Shown: positions 17,357 to 27,083, numbered from the stretch's first letter. The stretch is DNA of 40,226 nucleotides from Candidatus Methylomirabilota bacterium (GCA_046726415.1 JBKPAK010000144.1:1-40226); one strand, 5' to 3'. The notes: generated by a model not told the origin, from the letters alone. A program made the numbers and translations.

Positions 17357-19031
17357 GGCCGTCCCAGTCCTAGCTCACAGAGGGCCTGCTCGCGCAGCTT
17401 GCCTTTCTGCACCTTGTCCCCATGCGGGCCCGGGGTCCGCGGCACGTCTCGCACGAAGCAGACCGCGCGGGGGATCTTGAAAGAGGCGATACGCCCCCGG
17501 CAGAAGCTCCGCAAGTCTTCCGCGGCAAGATCGGCGCCCGCCCGGAGAATCACGTACGCGACGGGCGCCTCGTTGGTCTCCGGATCTGGCACGCCGACCA
17601 CGAATGCCTGCGCCACGGCTGGATGCGACATCAGGAAGGCCTCGATCTCGGCGGGCGCCACCATGTGATGGCTGATGCGGAGAGTCTCGCGCAGCCGTCC
17701 TTGAAGAACGTGTGTCCGGCGGCGTCCTGCACCGCCAGATCGCCGGTCCGGAACCAGCCGTCAGCCGTGAAGGCGGCGGCGGTCTCCGCGGGCTTCTTGT
17801 AATAGCCGCGCGTCACGAGATCCCCGCGCGCTTGCAGCTCTCCCTCGCGGCCAGGCGGGCACGGCGCGCCCGTGTCAGGGTCGACGACCCTGGCCTCGAA
17901 ACCAGGTACGGGCTTGATACCAGATTGGATGCGCAGCGCAAAGGGTTCGTCCAGCTCATGGAGGAGGCAGAGGGCCTGACACTCCGTCATGCCGTAGGGC
18001 TGGTAGACGCCGGGCATGCCGATGCGGGCGACGACGTCCTCGAAGAGGCCGTGTCCACCGCCACCCGTTGCGCCGATGGCGCCCGTGCGGAGCCTGGACA
18101 GGTCGTGTCGGCCGAGGTGGGGATGGCTCAGCAACGACGTGGCCATGGCGTCGACCGCGTTCCAGATCGTAATGCGCTCGCGCTCCATGAGCACCAGCGC
18201 GCGCTGGGGCTCCCATGTCTCCATGAGTACGAGGCACGCCCCATGGCTCCAGGTGGTGAGCGGGATGTTGACGCCGCCCCACGTACCTGCCGCCGGTAGG
18301 GCGTGCAGCACGCGGTCCTCGGAGGTCACGCCCAGCACCTCGCCGCAGTGCCAGCCGTGGGGCACGCAGTTCCGGTGCGAGATCATGGCGCCCTTGGGAA
18401 ACGACGTCGTCCCCGAGGTATAGAGCAGCGTGAAGAGGTCGTCGGGCGCTATCGAGCCGCCGACCGCCTCGGTGGACTCCGCTCCGGCGTCCCTCACATC
18501 GCTCAGGCGATGGCAGCCGGCGTAGGGATCTTCGGCGTCCACGATGACGTGGCGGAGCAGCGGGAATCGCTCGCTGTCAAGCTCGCCGGGTGCCGCACGG
18601 GCGAGGTCGGGCAGCACGTCGTAAAGCGTCTCGAGGTAGTCGATCGATCCCAGATGATCGGTGAGCAGGAGGGCGGCGCTGTCCGATTGGGCCAGGATGT
18701 AAGCCAGTTCGTGAGTGCGGTAACGCGGATTGAGCGCCACCACCACGGCCCCGAGGCGCGCGCTAGCCTGTTGCGCGATGAACCAGGCGGGACGATTGGG
18801 AAGCCAGATGGCTACCTTGTCGCCGCGCCCGATGCCCAAAGCCCGGAGGCCCCGGGCTAGGGTTTCGGCGCGCCGCCGGAACTCGGCAAAGGTGAGCCGC
18901 TCGTCGTCGAGGACGAGCGCGTCGCCTTCAGGGTAGCGCGCAGCCACGACGTCCAGCAGCGACCCGACGGTGGCATCGCGAAAGGGATTGGCGGACGTGG
19001 CCACGCTCAAGCCAGATCCGGGCGCCGTCAC
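17353..19031 (-). pseudogene. AMP-binding acyl-CoA synthetase, split by a 1-bp frameshift near 17699
   Basis: YTSGTTSFPKG, YGMTE and GWFRTGD in 17631..19031; C-terminal domain (VAPAEIE..HP, IASFKIP) in 17353..17664. Adding one G restores FKGRLRETLRISHHMVAPAEIE. Confidence 0.85.
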
Positions 19032-19213
19032 CCGTCGCCGAGACGCTCCGGAACCTTCTTGCCGCCGCCCTTGCCGATGTGGGTCGTCAGCGCTTCCATC
19101 AGGAGGGCCAGCGACTCCTTTTCCGTGCGTCCGGTGGCGGTGATGTCGTACTCGATGGCCGTGGCCACCCACAATCCCACGTCGTTCTGGTAGACCTCGA
19201 CCTCGAATCTCAT
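19028..19213 (-). CDS. Small HicB-like (dsRBD-like/UPF0150) protein, 61 aa
   Basis: 'FEVEVYQNDVGLWVAT...ITATGRTEKESLALLMEAL' matches the HicB N-terminal beta-beta-beta-alpha pattern; TGcTATTAT -10 upstream at about 19255-19263. Confidence 0.65.
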   Translation of the reverse strand: MRFEVEVYQNDVGLWVATAIEYDITATGRTEKESLALLMEALTTHIGKGGGKKVPERLGDG

Positions 19214-19343
19214 CGCGACCGGTTCCGGACGATGGGCGCTTCGGCGGTCACCGCGCGATAATAGCAAAAAGAAGACGGCCTAGTTCGGCGCGTCGCCGAC
19301 GTGATGGGCGGCGTCAGTCCCTCGCACCGAGCCGGCCGATTGG

Positions 19344-19778
19344 TCAGGCGAAGCGCCAGGAGAGAAGACGGGCTGGCGTGATGGCGATGACCAGTCCGGC
19401 CGCGCGGTCGAGACCCATGAGACGGTACTGCGCGTATTTCCCAAGGAGAAGGTCGATCGCTCGACCGAACGTCTCACCTCGGGTCAGCACGGTTGCGCGC
19501 CCCTCGACGATGACATAGCGCAGGCGAGTCCAGTCTTCGTCGTATTCGTCGACGACGAGCGATACGTGTGGGTTCTCCTCGATGTTGCGGATCCGCCGCA
19601 GGCCGCGTCCGGAGGCGCGCTTGGGCTTGGCGTCGACCGCGGAGTAGATGGCGTCCCCGTCATAGACGTAGCAGACCGGAACCACGAGGGGCTGGCCGGC
19701 GGCGCCGGCGGTGGCGAGCCTTCCCACGCGGGCCGACCGGAGCAGCTCGCCGGCCCACGCGGGGAGGGTGTCTGTCAT
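19344..19778 (-). CDS. PPOX-class probable F420-dependent oxidoreductase (TIGR03668/Rv0121-like)
   Basis: 'ARVGRLAT', 'PLVVPVCY', 'SAVDAKPK', 'LRRIRNIEENP.VSLVVDEYDEDW..L' and 'KYAQY'. Confidence 0.9.
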   Translation of the reverse strand: MTDTLPAWAGELLRSARVGRLATAGAAGQPLVVPVCYVYDGDAIYSAVDAKPKRASGRGLRRIRNIEENPHVSLVVDEYDEDWTRLRYVIVEGRATVLTRGETFGRAIDLLLGKYAQYRLMGLDRAAGLVIAITPARLLSWRFA

Positions 19779-19852
19779 AGGCTCGCCTCGGACAGCGGGG
19801 CCCCAGCCCCACGACGTCCTGCGGCTCGCACGTCTGTCATAGGCTCGCCTCG
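19770..19852 (-). repeat. 21-bp perfect direct repeat containing the RBS and start codon, separated by 41 bp
   Basis: gtctgtcataggctcgcctcg at 19770-19790 and 19832-19852 (minus strand CGAGGCGAGCCTATGACAGAC). Confidence 0.9.
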
Positions 19853-19858
19853 CAGCGG

Positions 19859-20698
19859 TTAGCGGCGGATCAGCGTGGCGAACTGGTCCAGCATGGGCAG
19901 AATCTTGTCGCGTCCCTCCGAGGGCACCCGGAAGATCGAGCGGGTGATGCCGGCCGCCGCGTACTGGTCGAGGACCGCCGCGTCCGGCTTGGCGCCGAAG
20001 ATGGAGACGGAAATCGATTTCATGTCGCGCCCAGCTTTGGCGGCCCGGGCTCGTAGATCGGCGAGAGCGGGAAGAATGATCTCGGGATTGCGCCCCCGCG
20101 GGAACCACCCGTCACAGAAGTCCACCACCCGCTGCAGGGTGTGTCGCGACTCCCCGCCGATCAGCACCGGCGGATGCGGCTTCTGCACGGGCTTCGGGTA
20201 CGAAGCGATGGGATCGAAGTTGACGAACTCGCCGTGGAACTCGGCCCAGTCCTTCGTCCAGATCTCCTTCATGGCCAGCGTCTTTTCGCGGAGGATCGGG
20301 TAGCGGGCCTTGTAGATCGTGCCGTGATTTTCCATCTCGTCCTGGTTCCAGCCAGCTCCGATCCCGAGCTCGAAGCGCCCACCGGACAGGAGATCCAGGC
20401 TCGCCACTTCCTTGGCGGTGGTGATGGGGTCGCGCTCGATGACGAGACATATGCCGGTGCCCACGCGGAGCTTCCTGGTGGCCGCAGCCGCCGCCATCAG
20501 TGAGACAAAGGGATCGAGGGTGTGGAAATACTCCTTGGGCAGCGGCTCACCGCCCGGGAAGGGCGTCTTTCGGCTCTTCGGGATGTGCGTGTGCTCCGGC
20601 ACCCAGAGCGACTCGAAGCCGCGCTCTTCCGAGGCGCGCGCCAGCTCGTCGATGCGGATGGCGTATTCTGTGGCGAACATGCAGACGCCGATGTGCAT
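19859..20698 (-). CDS. LLM-class probable F420-dependent oxidoreductase (Rv2161c/TIGR03619-like)
   Basis: 'GFESLWVPEHTHIP', 'LDPFVSL', 'AKEVASLDLLSGGRFELGIGAGWN' and 'PKPVQKPHPP'. Confidence 0.92.
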   Translation of the reverse strand: MHIGVCMFATEYAIRIDELARASEERGFESLWVPEHTHIPKSRKTPFPGGEPLPKEYFHTLDPFVSLMAAAAATRKLRVGTGICLVIERDPITTAKEVASLDLLSGGRFELGIGAGWNQDEMENHGTIYKARYPILREKTLAMKEIWTKDWAEFHGEFVNFDPIASYPKPVQKPHPPVLIGGESRHTLQRVVDFCDGWFPRGRNPEIILPALADLRARAAKAGRDMKSISVSIFGAKPDAAVLDQYAAAGITRSIFRVPSEGRDKILPMLDQFATLIRR

Positions 20699-20822
20699 GC
20701 GGTTTCCTCCTCGTTGTCGGTGGAGATGGCCTCGTGTGGATCATACCTCTCCCGCGCCCGGCGCGGCATCGCCGGGGCGCACGGGTGTCCAGCGCGTCAG
20801 GGTCGCGAGCAGGTCGGCAGGG

Positions 20823-21764
20823 TCACGGAATGAAAATGCTCTCCGGGAGGAAGGCCGACACGATCCAGTTGGGCGCGTCGACGATCTCGCTGATCTTCAG
20901 ATCCACGGCCACGCTCGAGAGCACGTAGGCCTCCTCGCGGCTGAGCCCTCGCTCGCGCACGAGGTGATCGAGCATGTAGCGGATGGCCTGCTGGGCCGAG
21001 GCGAAGAGATCGGGTCCGTGGGCGGTGGTGGCAAAGAATGGTCCCCGGTTGGTGCCGGCGGCCAGCGGGCCACGCGTGCGCAGGCTGGGCTCCGCCTGGC
21101 TTCGGTCGCGCAGGAGGTCGAAGCGCAGGGTCACGCGGGCGCTCATCTCCACGGCGTTGATGCACACCTCGCCGTCGCCTTGGGCCGCGTGGGCATCCCC
21201 CACGCTGAACAGCGCGCCGTCGACCCATACGGGAAGATACAGCGTCGTGCCCGCCGTGAGCTGCTTGATGTCCATGTTGCCGCCATTCTTGCGAGGCGGC
21301 ATGGTACTGTGCCCGCCCGGCTCGTCAAGCGCGGTTCCCATTACCCCCGGAAAGGCCTCGATGGGCACGGCGATGCCGTGCCCCATGCGGGCGTACCGGC
21401 CATCACTGAGGTCCCAGATCTGAAGAAACGCCTTCGAGAAGTCTCTCTCCGGGAGGAGACCACGTCCAGGCCGGATGGCCGTCCAGCCGAAGGACGCTCC
21501 CGGCCGTACTTCCAGGATGTCCACGGCGAGCAGGTCTCCGGGGCCCGCGCCGCGTACGAGGACGGGGCCGGTGAGGGGATGTCCGCGGAACGGACCGCGG
21601 GCCGCCGCGTCCGCGGCCGTGGAACGGGCGGTGTAATAGCCATCAGAGGCATCGCGCGTGTCGAAGGTCACCGTGTCGCCGGGCTCGATCGTCAGGCGGG
21701 GGACAAGGCTGTTGTTCCACTCGTGGTGGACGGCGCTCGCGTCGAGCTGATGGGCCTGGGCCAT
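20823..21764 (-). CDS. Acetamidase/formamidase family protein
   Basis: 'GHPLTGP', 'NGGNMD' and 'GDAHAAQGDGEVC'. Confidence 0.93.
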   Translation of the reverse strand: MAQAHQLDASAVHHEWNNSLVPRLTIEPGDTVTFDTRDASDGYYTARSTAADAAARGPFRGHPLTGPVLVRGAGPGDLLAVDILEVRPGASFGWTAIRPGRGLLPERDFSKAFLQIWDLSDGRYARMGHGIAVPIEAFPGVMGTALDEPGGHSTMPPRKNGGNMDIKQLTAGTTLYLPVWVDGALFSVGDAHAAQGDGEVCINAVEMSARVTLRFDLLRDRSQAEPSLRTRGPLAAGTNRGPFFATTAHGPDLFASAQQAIRYMLDHLVRERGLSREEAYVLSSVAVDLKISEIVDAPNWIVSAFLPESIFIP

Positions 21765-21771
21765 GGCCGCG

Positions 21772-21780
21772 ATGGTATCA
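21772..21780 (-). promoter_or_regulatory. Extended -10 (TGaTACCAT) 7 nt before the formamidase ATG; likely leaderless transcript
   Basis: Minus strand TGATACCAT-CGCGGCC-ATG with no SD sequence. Confidence 0.45.
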
Positions 21781-21800
21781 GAAGCGCGGCCGCGCGGTGG

Positions 21801-22250
21801 CTAGCGACGCATGCTGTCGATGGAGGCGGCGCCGGACCCGAGGAACACCAGCGCGATGGTCGCCACGAGGATCGTGAGGGAGAACTCGTAGCCTCCAGCG
21901 ACGTACCGCCCGGGCGCGACCTGGAGGGCCTTCATGAAGAAACCCTGGTTGAGGTGGAGGAGGAAAACAGCCGAGGCCAAGGGCGGCATGTTGGCCAGCG
22001 CCGCCCACCGCGTCCACAGCCCGATGATGATGAGCACGCCCCCGGCCAGGTGGACGACGATCAGGTACCACGCCAGGGCCGTCGCCAAGCTCGTCGGATA
22101 CCCCATGCGAGTAATGTAGCCGGCCGCCGTCTGTGGCCCCAGGACAACGAGGGAGAGATACCCGTGCATCACCAACACGACGCCTACGATGAGGCGGATG
22201 AGCGTGATACCCCACGCGTGGGCCGTGCTCGTTCCCCCAGCCTTGCGCAT
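21801..22250 (-). CDS. DoxX family membrane protein
   Basis: 'LIRLIVGVVLVMHG', 'IIGLWTRWAAL', 'GGYEFSL' and 'GSGAASID'. Confidence 0.9.
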   Translation of the reverse strand: MRKAGGTSTAHAWGITLIRLIVGVVLVMHGYLSLVVLGPQTAAGYITRMGYPTSLATALAWYLIVVHLAGGVLIIIGLWTRWAALANMPPLASAVFLLHLNQGFFMKALQVAPGRYVAGGYEFSLTILVATIALVFLGSGAASIDSMRR

Positions 22251-22367
22251 CGCCTCGCGGCGCCCCTCCCATCTGGGCCCGATGGCCTAACCCCTCGTCG
22301 TCGAATACCGCAGGTTCCCGGGTAATCCCTACCTTTTCGCCGTGTGGGTGGTGGCCGCTCGAGCGAC

Positions 22368-22784
22368 TCAGGGGGCGGTGATGGGGCTTCCTCCCCGGAC
22401 GATCCCGGGATCGAGAGGAAGCGGTCGCTGGTCCACAGGACCCTGGACCCCGCCCGGTAAGACCGAGCAGATCCCGGTCCCCTGTTCGCACGCCACCAGC
22501 GGGGGGACGTAGTACTGGCCAGGTGCGTAAGGCTGCTCCCAGTGCCCCGGAATCCGAACTCCCAACGGGGCGAGCGGGGACGGCACCACGCGGTCAGGGA
22601 CCCAGATCGGACTTGGCGAGGCGGGAGGCGGCGGGGGCAGCGACGGCTGGCCACGGGTTGCCCGGGCCTTGATCTGATCGATGGCCCGCGACGTCGGCGT
22701 GCCGCCGCTGCCGAGCTGCGCCACGAGCAGCAGCAACCCACACAGTGCACACCCGAGGCCGCGGCGCGATATCCATGCCCGCAT
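22368..22784 (-). CDS. Hypothetical proline-rich exported protein
   Basis: N-terminal hydrophobic signal-like segment, Pro-rich linker, 'IWVPDR..IPGHWE' and a Cys pair. Confidence 0.6.
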   Translation of the reverse strand: MRAWISRRGLGCALCGLLLLVAQLGSGGTPTSRAIDQIKARATRGQPSLPPPPPASPSPIWVPDRVVPSPLAPLGVRIPGHWEQPYAPGQYYVPPLVACEQGTGICSVLPGGVQGPVDQRPLPLDPGIVRGGSPITAP

Positions 22785-22902
22785 GCTTCCAGCGTAACAT
22801 CGCGCACCTCTGAGGCAAGGCGTCGCCGCATCCTGACTTACAATCGGGCAGCGGAGGAGTCAGCGCGAGCCTCCCCCCGGCAGACGGAAGGAGCAAAGTT
22901 CA

Positions 22903-23391
22903 GTGAGCGAGACACCACTGGTTGCGGTGATCATGGGGAGCAAGTCCGACTGGGAGACGATGCGGCACGCAGACGAGATGCTCACGCGACTCGGCGTCCC
23001 CCACGAGTGCGCCATCATGTCCGCCCACCGGACGCCGGCCTGGACGGCCGAGTACGCGAGCGGCGCCGAGGGGCGCGGCCTCGAGGTCATCATTGCTGGG
23101 GCGGGGGGTGCTGCTCACCTGCCGGGCGTCGTGGCAGCGTACACGCTGCTTCCGGTCCTCGGGGTTCCGATGGAGTCGCGCGCGCTGAAGGGGCTCGATT
23201 CACTCCTCTCCATCGTTCAGATGCCAGGCGGGGTCCCGGTGGGGACCCTTGGCATTGGCGCCGCCGGCGCGACCAACGCCGCGCTGCTGGCGGTGGCCAT
23301 CGTCTCTGCCCAGCGACCGGCCATTCGCAAGGCCCTTCGCGAGTTTCGCGAAGAGCAGGCGCGCAAGGTTCGCCAGGACACTCTTCCCTGA
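22903..23391 (+). CDS. purE: N5-carboxyaminoimidazole ribonucleotide mutase
   Basis: 'VIMGSKSDW', 'SAHRTP', '[12 protein letters not shown]' and '[17 protein letters not shown]'. Confidence 0.97.
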   Translation: MSETPLVAVIMGSKSDWETMRHADEMLTRLGVPHECAIMSAHRTPAWTAEYASGAEGRGLEVIIAGAGGAAHLPGVVAAYTLLPVLGVPMESRALKGLDSLLSIVQMPGGVPVGTLGIGAAGATNAALLAVAIVSAQRPAIRKALREFREEQARKVRQDTLP

Positions 23392-23423
23392 CGGATCCTT
23401 CTGCGCATCAGGAGAGTCCACCT

Positions 23424-24614
23424 ATGAGTTTCGAGTTCGGTCCCGAGCACGAGGCCTTCCGCAAGGAGTTTCGCGAGTGGCTTGCCCGGAGCCTCCCACC
23501 TGACCTGTGCCTGGACGACCCCGCCGACGACCGCGTCGCCAGCGATCGCGAGACGTTCGAGCGCCGCCGAGCGTGGCAGAAGCAGATGCATGCCGCGGGA
23601 TGGGTCGGGATCAGCTGGCCGAGGGAGTACGGCGGCCGCGGCGCCGGCCTGATAGAGCGCGTCATCTGGGACGAGGAGTACGCGGCGGCACGGGCCCCCG
23701 TCCTGCCCGGAGCCATGGGCCTCAACCTCATTGGCCCGACCGTCATTCACTGGGGCACCGACAAGCAGAAGGCACGCCACCTGCCGGCTATCCTGGGCGG
23801 CGACGAGGTCTGGTGTCAGGGATTCTCCGAGCCCGGGGCGGGGTCGGACCTGGCGAGCCTCCAGACACGCGCCGTCGATCGCGGCGACCACTTCGTCGTG
23901 AACGGCCAGAAGGTGTGGACGTCAGGGGCGCACTTCGCCCACTGGATCATTCTGCTCGCGCGCACCGACCCGGAGGCGCCGAAGCACCAGGGCATCTCCT
24001 GCTTCCTGGTGCCCATGATGTCGCCGGGCATCACCGTGCGCCCGCTCGTGCTGCTGACCGGCCACCGCCACTTCAACGAGGTGTTCTTCAGCGACGTGGT
24101 GGTCCCCAAGGCCAACATGCTCGGCCCCCTCAATCAGGGCTGGAAGGTGGCGACGACCACGCTCATGCACGAGCGCCACTCTTCCGGCGCCCGCAACCCG
24201 CTCGCCCAGGTCGCGCGCCTCATCGCGCTCGCCAAGGCCGTCCCGTTCGACGGCGGGACGGCGTGGGAGAGCCCGGTCATCCGCCAGCGCCTGGCCCAGC
24301 TCGTCATCGACTGCGAGGCGCTCAAGTACACGCGCTTTCGCAATCTCACCCGCATGATCCGCGGCGAGCCGCCGGGGCCCGAGGGCTCGATCCTCAAGTT
24401 GAGCGGGTCGGAGCTGGGCGTGCGCGTCTCGGACGCCGCTGGTGAGCTGCTCGGCATGCACACGCTCGTCAACGTTCCGACCGACGTGGTGCCCGATGCC
24501 CCGCGCTGGTTCAACCGCGTCCTCGCCGCGCGGCAATACACGATCTCTGCGGGAACCAGCGAGATCCAGCGCAATATCATCGGCGAGCGCGTGTTGGGGT
24601 TGCCGAAAGGCTGA
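23424..24614 (+). CDS. Acyl-CoA dehydrogenase family protein
   Basis: 'WCQGFSEPGAGSDLASL', 'NGQKVWTS', 'FNEVFF' and 'ISAGTSEIQRNIIGERVLGLP'; AGGAG RBS. Confidence 0.95.
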   Translation: MSFEFGPEHEAFRKEFREWLARSLPPDLCLDDPADDRVASDRETFERRRAWQKQMHAAGWVGISWPREYGGRGAGLIERVIWDEEYAAARAPVLPGAMGLNLIGPTVIHWGTDKQKARHLPAILGGDEVWCQGFSEPGAGSDLASLQTRAVDRGDHFVVNGQKVWTSGAHFAHWIILLARTDPEAPKHQGISCFLVPMMSPGITVRPLVLLTGHRHFNEVFFSDVVVPKANMLGPLNQGWKVATTTLMHERHSSGARNPLAQVARLIALAKAVPFDGGTAWESPVIRQRLAQLVIDCEALKYTRFRNLTRMIRGEPPGPEGSILKLSGSELGVRVSDAAGELLGMHTLVNVPTDVVPDAPRWFNRVLAARQYTISAGTSEIQRNIIGERVLGLPKG

Positions 24615-24672
24615 GCGCTCGGGGCTGGCCCCCATGATCCCGAGCGCACCAATGAGGGGACGGGATGGAGCC

Positions 24673-25950
24673 GTGGCCGAGGTGAGACGTGTCACGACCT
24701 GGATCCGGCTGGCCGTGCTCGCGAGTGCGCTGGCCACGGCGTGTCAGCTGAGCCCCGACCGGCCGCGGGAGACCTCGCGCCGGACGGTCGCGCTGGTCGG
24801 CGGCCGGGTGCAGCCCGCCCCCGATGCCCCGGCCATCGTGGACGGCGTCGTGCTGGTCGACGGAACCGCCATCGCCGCCGTCGGCTCTCGGCGCGATGTG
24901 CGCATCCCCTCCGGGACCACGGTTCTCGATTGCTCGGGCGGTACGGTCAGCGCGGCGTTCTGGAACAGCCACGTCCACTTCACCGGGTCGACCTGGCAGT
25001 CCGCCGCGTCCACACCGGCCGACCACCTGACCCATGAGCTTCGCGCGATGGCGACGTCGTACGGCTTCGTGCGCCTGCTCGATACCGGATCCTGGCTGCC
25101 CAACACGCTCGCGCTGCGCCAGCGCATCGAGAGCGGGGAAGTCCCCGGGCCATACATCATGACGACGGGAACCGGGTTTGTGCCCGCGCAGGCCAGCCCC
25201 TACTACATTCTTCCCGCGCGGCTTCCGGAGTTGACCAGCCCCGCGGACGCCGAGCCCTTGATCGCTGGTGAGCTCGGCGCGGGCGCTGACGCGGTCAAAC
25301 TGTTCACCGGATCGTGGGCGCGTCAGGGTGTGGTCGTCGTCATGCCGGTCGACATCGTGCGCGCCGCGGTGGCCGTCGCGCATCGGCGGGGCAAGCTGGT
25401 GCTGGCGCATCCGTCGACGAGCGAGGGTGCGCGCGTCGCGCTCGAAGGCGGGGTCGACGTCCTCGCGCACACGTTTCCCTCCGAGCTGGGCGGCACCTGG
25501 GATCGATCGCTTCCCGGGCAGATGCGCGAGCGAGGGATGGGGCTGATCCCGACCTTGAAGCTCTGGCCGTTCGAGATGCGCAAGCTGGGGGTGCCCGCGG
25601 AGATCGCCGACCGGCTCTTGGCCAACGGACAGGCCCAGGTTGCAGCCTTCGCCGAGGCCGGTGGCCAGCTGCTGTTCGGCACCGACGTCGGATACATGAC
25701 CGACTACGACCCGACGGACGAGTACATCTTTCTGCAGCGCGCCGGCCTGTCGTACGCGCGCATCCTGGCCACGCTGACCACGGCCCCCGCGGAGCGCTTC
25801 GGTGTCGCCTCGCGGACGGGACGTCTCGCGCCGGGCATGGACGCCGATATCGCCGTCATCGACGGCGATCCCGCGCGCGACATCCGAGCCCTGGCCAAGG
25901 TGCGGTACACGCTCCGGATGGGTCGGGTCATCTACCAGACGCCATCGTGA
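24673..25950 (+). CDS. Amidohydrolase family lipoprotein (Xaa-Pro dipeptidase/imidazolonepropionase-like)
   Basis: Lipobox-like 'LATAC', 'NSHVH', 'AVKLF', 'LAH', 'FGTDVG' and 'GRLAPGMDAD'; start uncertain (24634-24682). Confidence 0.85.
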   Translation: MAEVRRVTTWIRLAVLASALATACQLSPDRPRETSRRTVALVGGRVQPAPDAPAIVDGVVLVDGTAIAAVGSRRDVRIPSGTTVLDCSGGTVSAAFWNSHVHFTGSTWQSAASTPADHLTHELRAMATSYGFVRLLDTGSWLPNTLALRQRIESGEVPGPYIMTTGTGFVPAQASPYYILPARLPELTSPADAEPLIAGELGAGADAVKLFTGSWARQGVVVVMPVDIVRAAVAVAHRRGKLVLAHPSTSEGARVALEGGVDVLAHTFPSELGGTWDRSLPGQMRERGMGLIPTLKLWPFEMRKLGVPAEIADRLLANGQAQVAAFAEAGGQLLFGTDVGYMTDYDPTDEYIFLQRAGLSYARILATLTTAPAERFGVASRTGRLAPGMDADIAVIDGDPARDIRALAKVRYTLRMGRVIYQTPS

Positions 25951-26043
25951 TCCGCGTCGTCGCTTGACGGGCGGCAGACATGATCCGCCATGAGGGAAGG
26001 CACGCTCGTGTGCAGGCAACACGCTGAGAGGGGAGGAGACGGC

Positions 26044-27042
26044 ATGAAAGGCCCGAAAGTGACGGTGGCCATGGTCCTGGTACTCGCGGCCCTCGCAATC
26101 AGCGCGACGGCTCAGCCCAAGCACGTCCTCAGACTGTCCTCGCCGGTCTCGAAGGACCACGCGTTCGGGCGCGGCGCCGAGAAGTTCAAGCAGCTCGTAG
26201 GCGAGGCCACCAACGGTCAGGTCGAGATCCAGGTTCACCACGCGAATGCGCTCGGTTCGATCCGCGAGGGCCTGGAGATGGTGCGGCTGGGTACCCTCGA
26301 CTTCCAGCTGTGCGGGGTGGCGCACGTCAGCCGGTTCGTGCCCGAGATGGGGACGCTGGTCCTACCCTACCTCTGGAGGGACACACCGACGATGTTCGCG
26401 GCCCTCGACGGGCGCATGGGCCAGATCCTCGAGCCTCTCCTCTTGGAGAAGGGCTTCAAGGTGGCGGGCTGGTGGGACAACGGCTTCCGCCACGTGTCGA
26501 ACAACAAGCGGCCCATCCGCGCCCCGGAGGACATCCGCGGACTCAAGCTGCGCACGCTGCCGACGAAGGTCCACGTGGCGTTCTTTCGCGCTCTCGGTGT
26601 CTCGCCGACGCCCATGGACTGGGCCGAGGTGTACCCCGCGCTCCAGCAGGGCGTCGTCGACGGCCAAGAGAACCCGCCGGGCGTCGTCTACTTCGAGAAG
26701 CTCGCCGAGGTGCAGAAGTACTACTCGCTGACCGGACACATCAACGAGCCCGTGAATCTCTTGATGAGCCGTGCGGTCTTCGCAAAGCTGCCTGCCGACC
26801 TTCAGTCGTCGATCGCCGCCTCGGCCAAACAGGCCGCACTCTGGCAACGGGCGGAGAGCCAGAAGGACAACGACGAGCTGCTCAAGAAGATTGCCGCCGG
26901 CGGGATGCAGGTGAATCCGGTCCCGGAGGCCACGATCGCCGAGTTCCGCAAGGTCGCCCAGAGGATCTACACCGAGGCGATCCCGGATCTGGGACCGAAG
27001 GGCAAGGAGCTGGTCGAGCTCGGGATTACCGCCAACAAGTAG
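26044..27042 (+). CDS. dctP: TRAP transporter substrate-binding protein
   Basis: Signal peptide, 'DNGFRH', 'GLKLRT' and 'EVYPALQQGVVDGQENP'. Confidence 0.93.
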   Translation: MKGPKVTVAMVLVLAALAISATAQPKHVLRLSSPVSKDHAFGRGAEKFKQLVGEATNGQVEIQVHHANALGSIREGLEMVRLGTLDFQLCGVAHVSRFVPEMGTLVLPYLWRDTPTMFAALDGRMGQILEPLLLEKGFKVAGWWDNGFRHVSNNKRPIRAPEDIRGLKLRTLPTKVHVAFFRALGVSPTPMDWAEVYPALQQGVVDGQENPPGVVYFEKLAEVQKYYSLTGHINEPVNLLMSRAVFAKLPADLQSSIAASAKQAALWQRAESQKDNDELLKKIAAGGMQVNPVPEATIAEFRKVAQRIYTEAIPDLGPKGKELVELGITANK

Positions 27043-27083
27043 GCGAACACGGGCGGCACCCGCCGCCCGGTCCGCCGCATCCC

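Noticed and set aside
19028..19344. Complete HicAB toxin-antitoxin module
   Set aside because: No HicA-like ORF is adjacent on either side.
22285..22335. Possible ECF sigma (GGAAC) or LuxR/NarL-type site upstream of the DoxX gene
   Set aside because: No matching -10 at the proper spacing, and the palindrome is weak.
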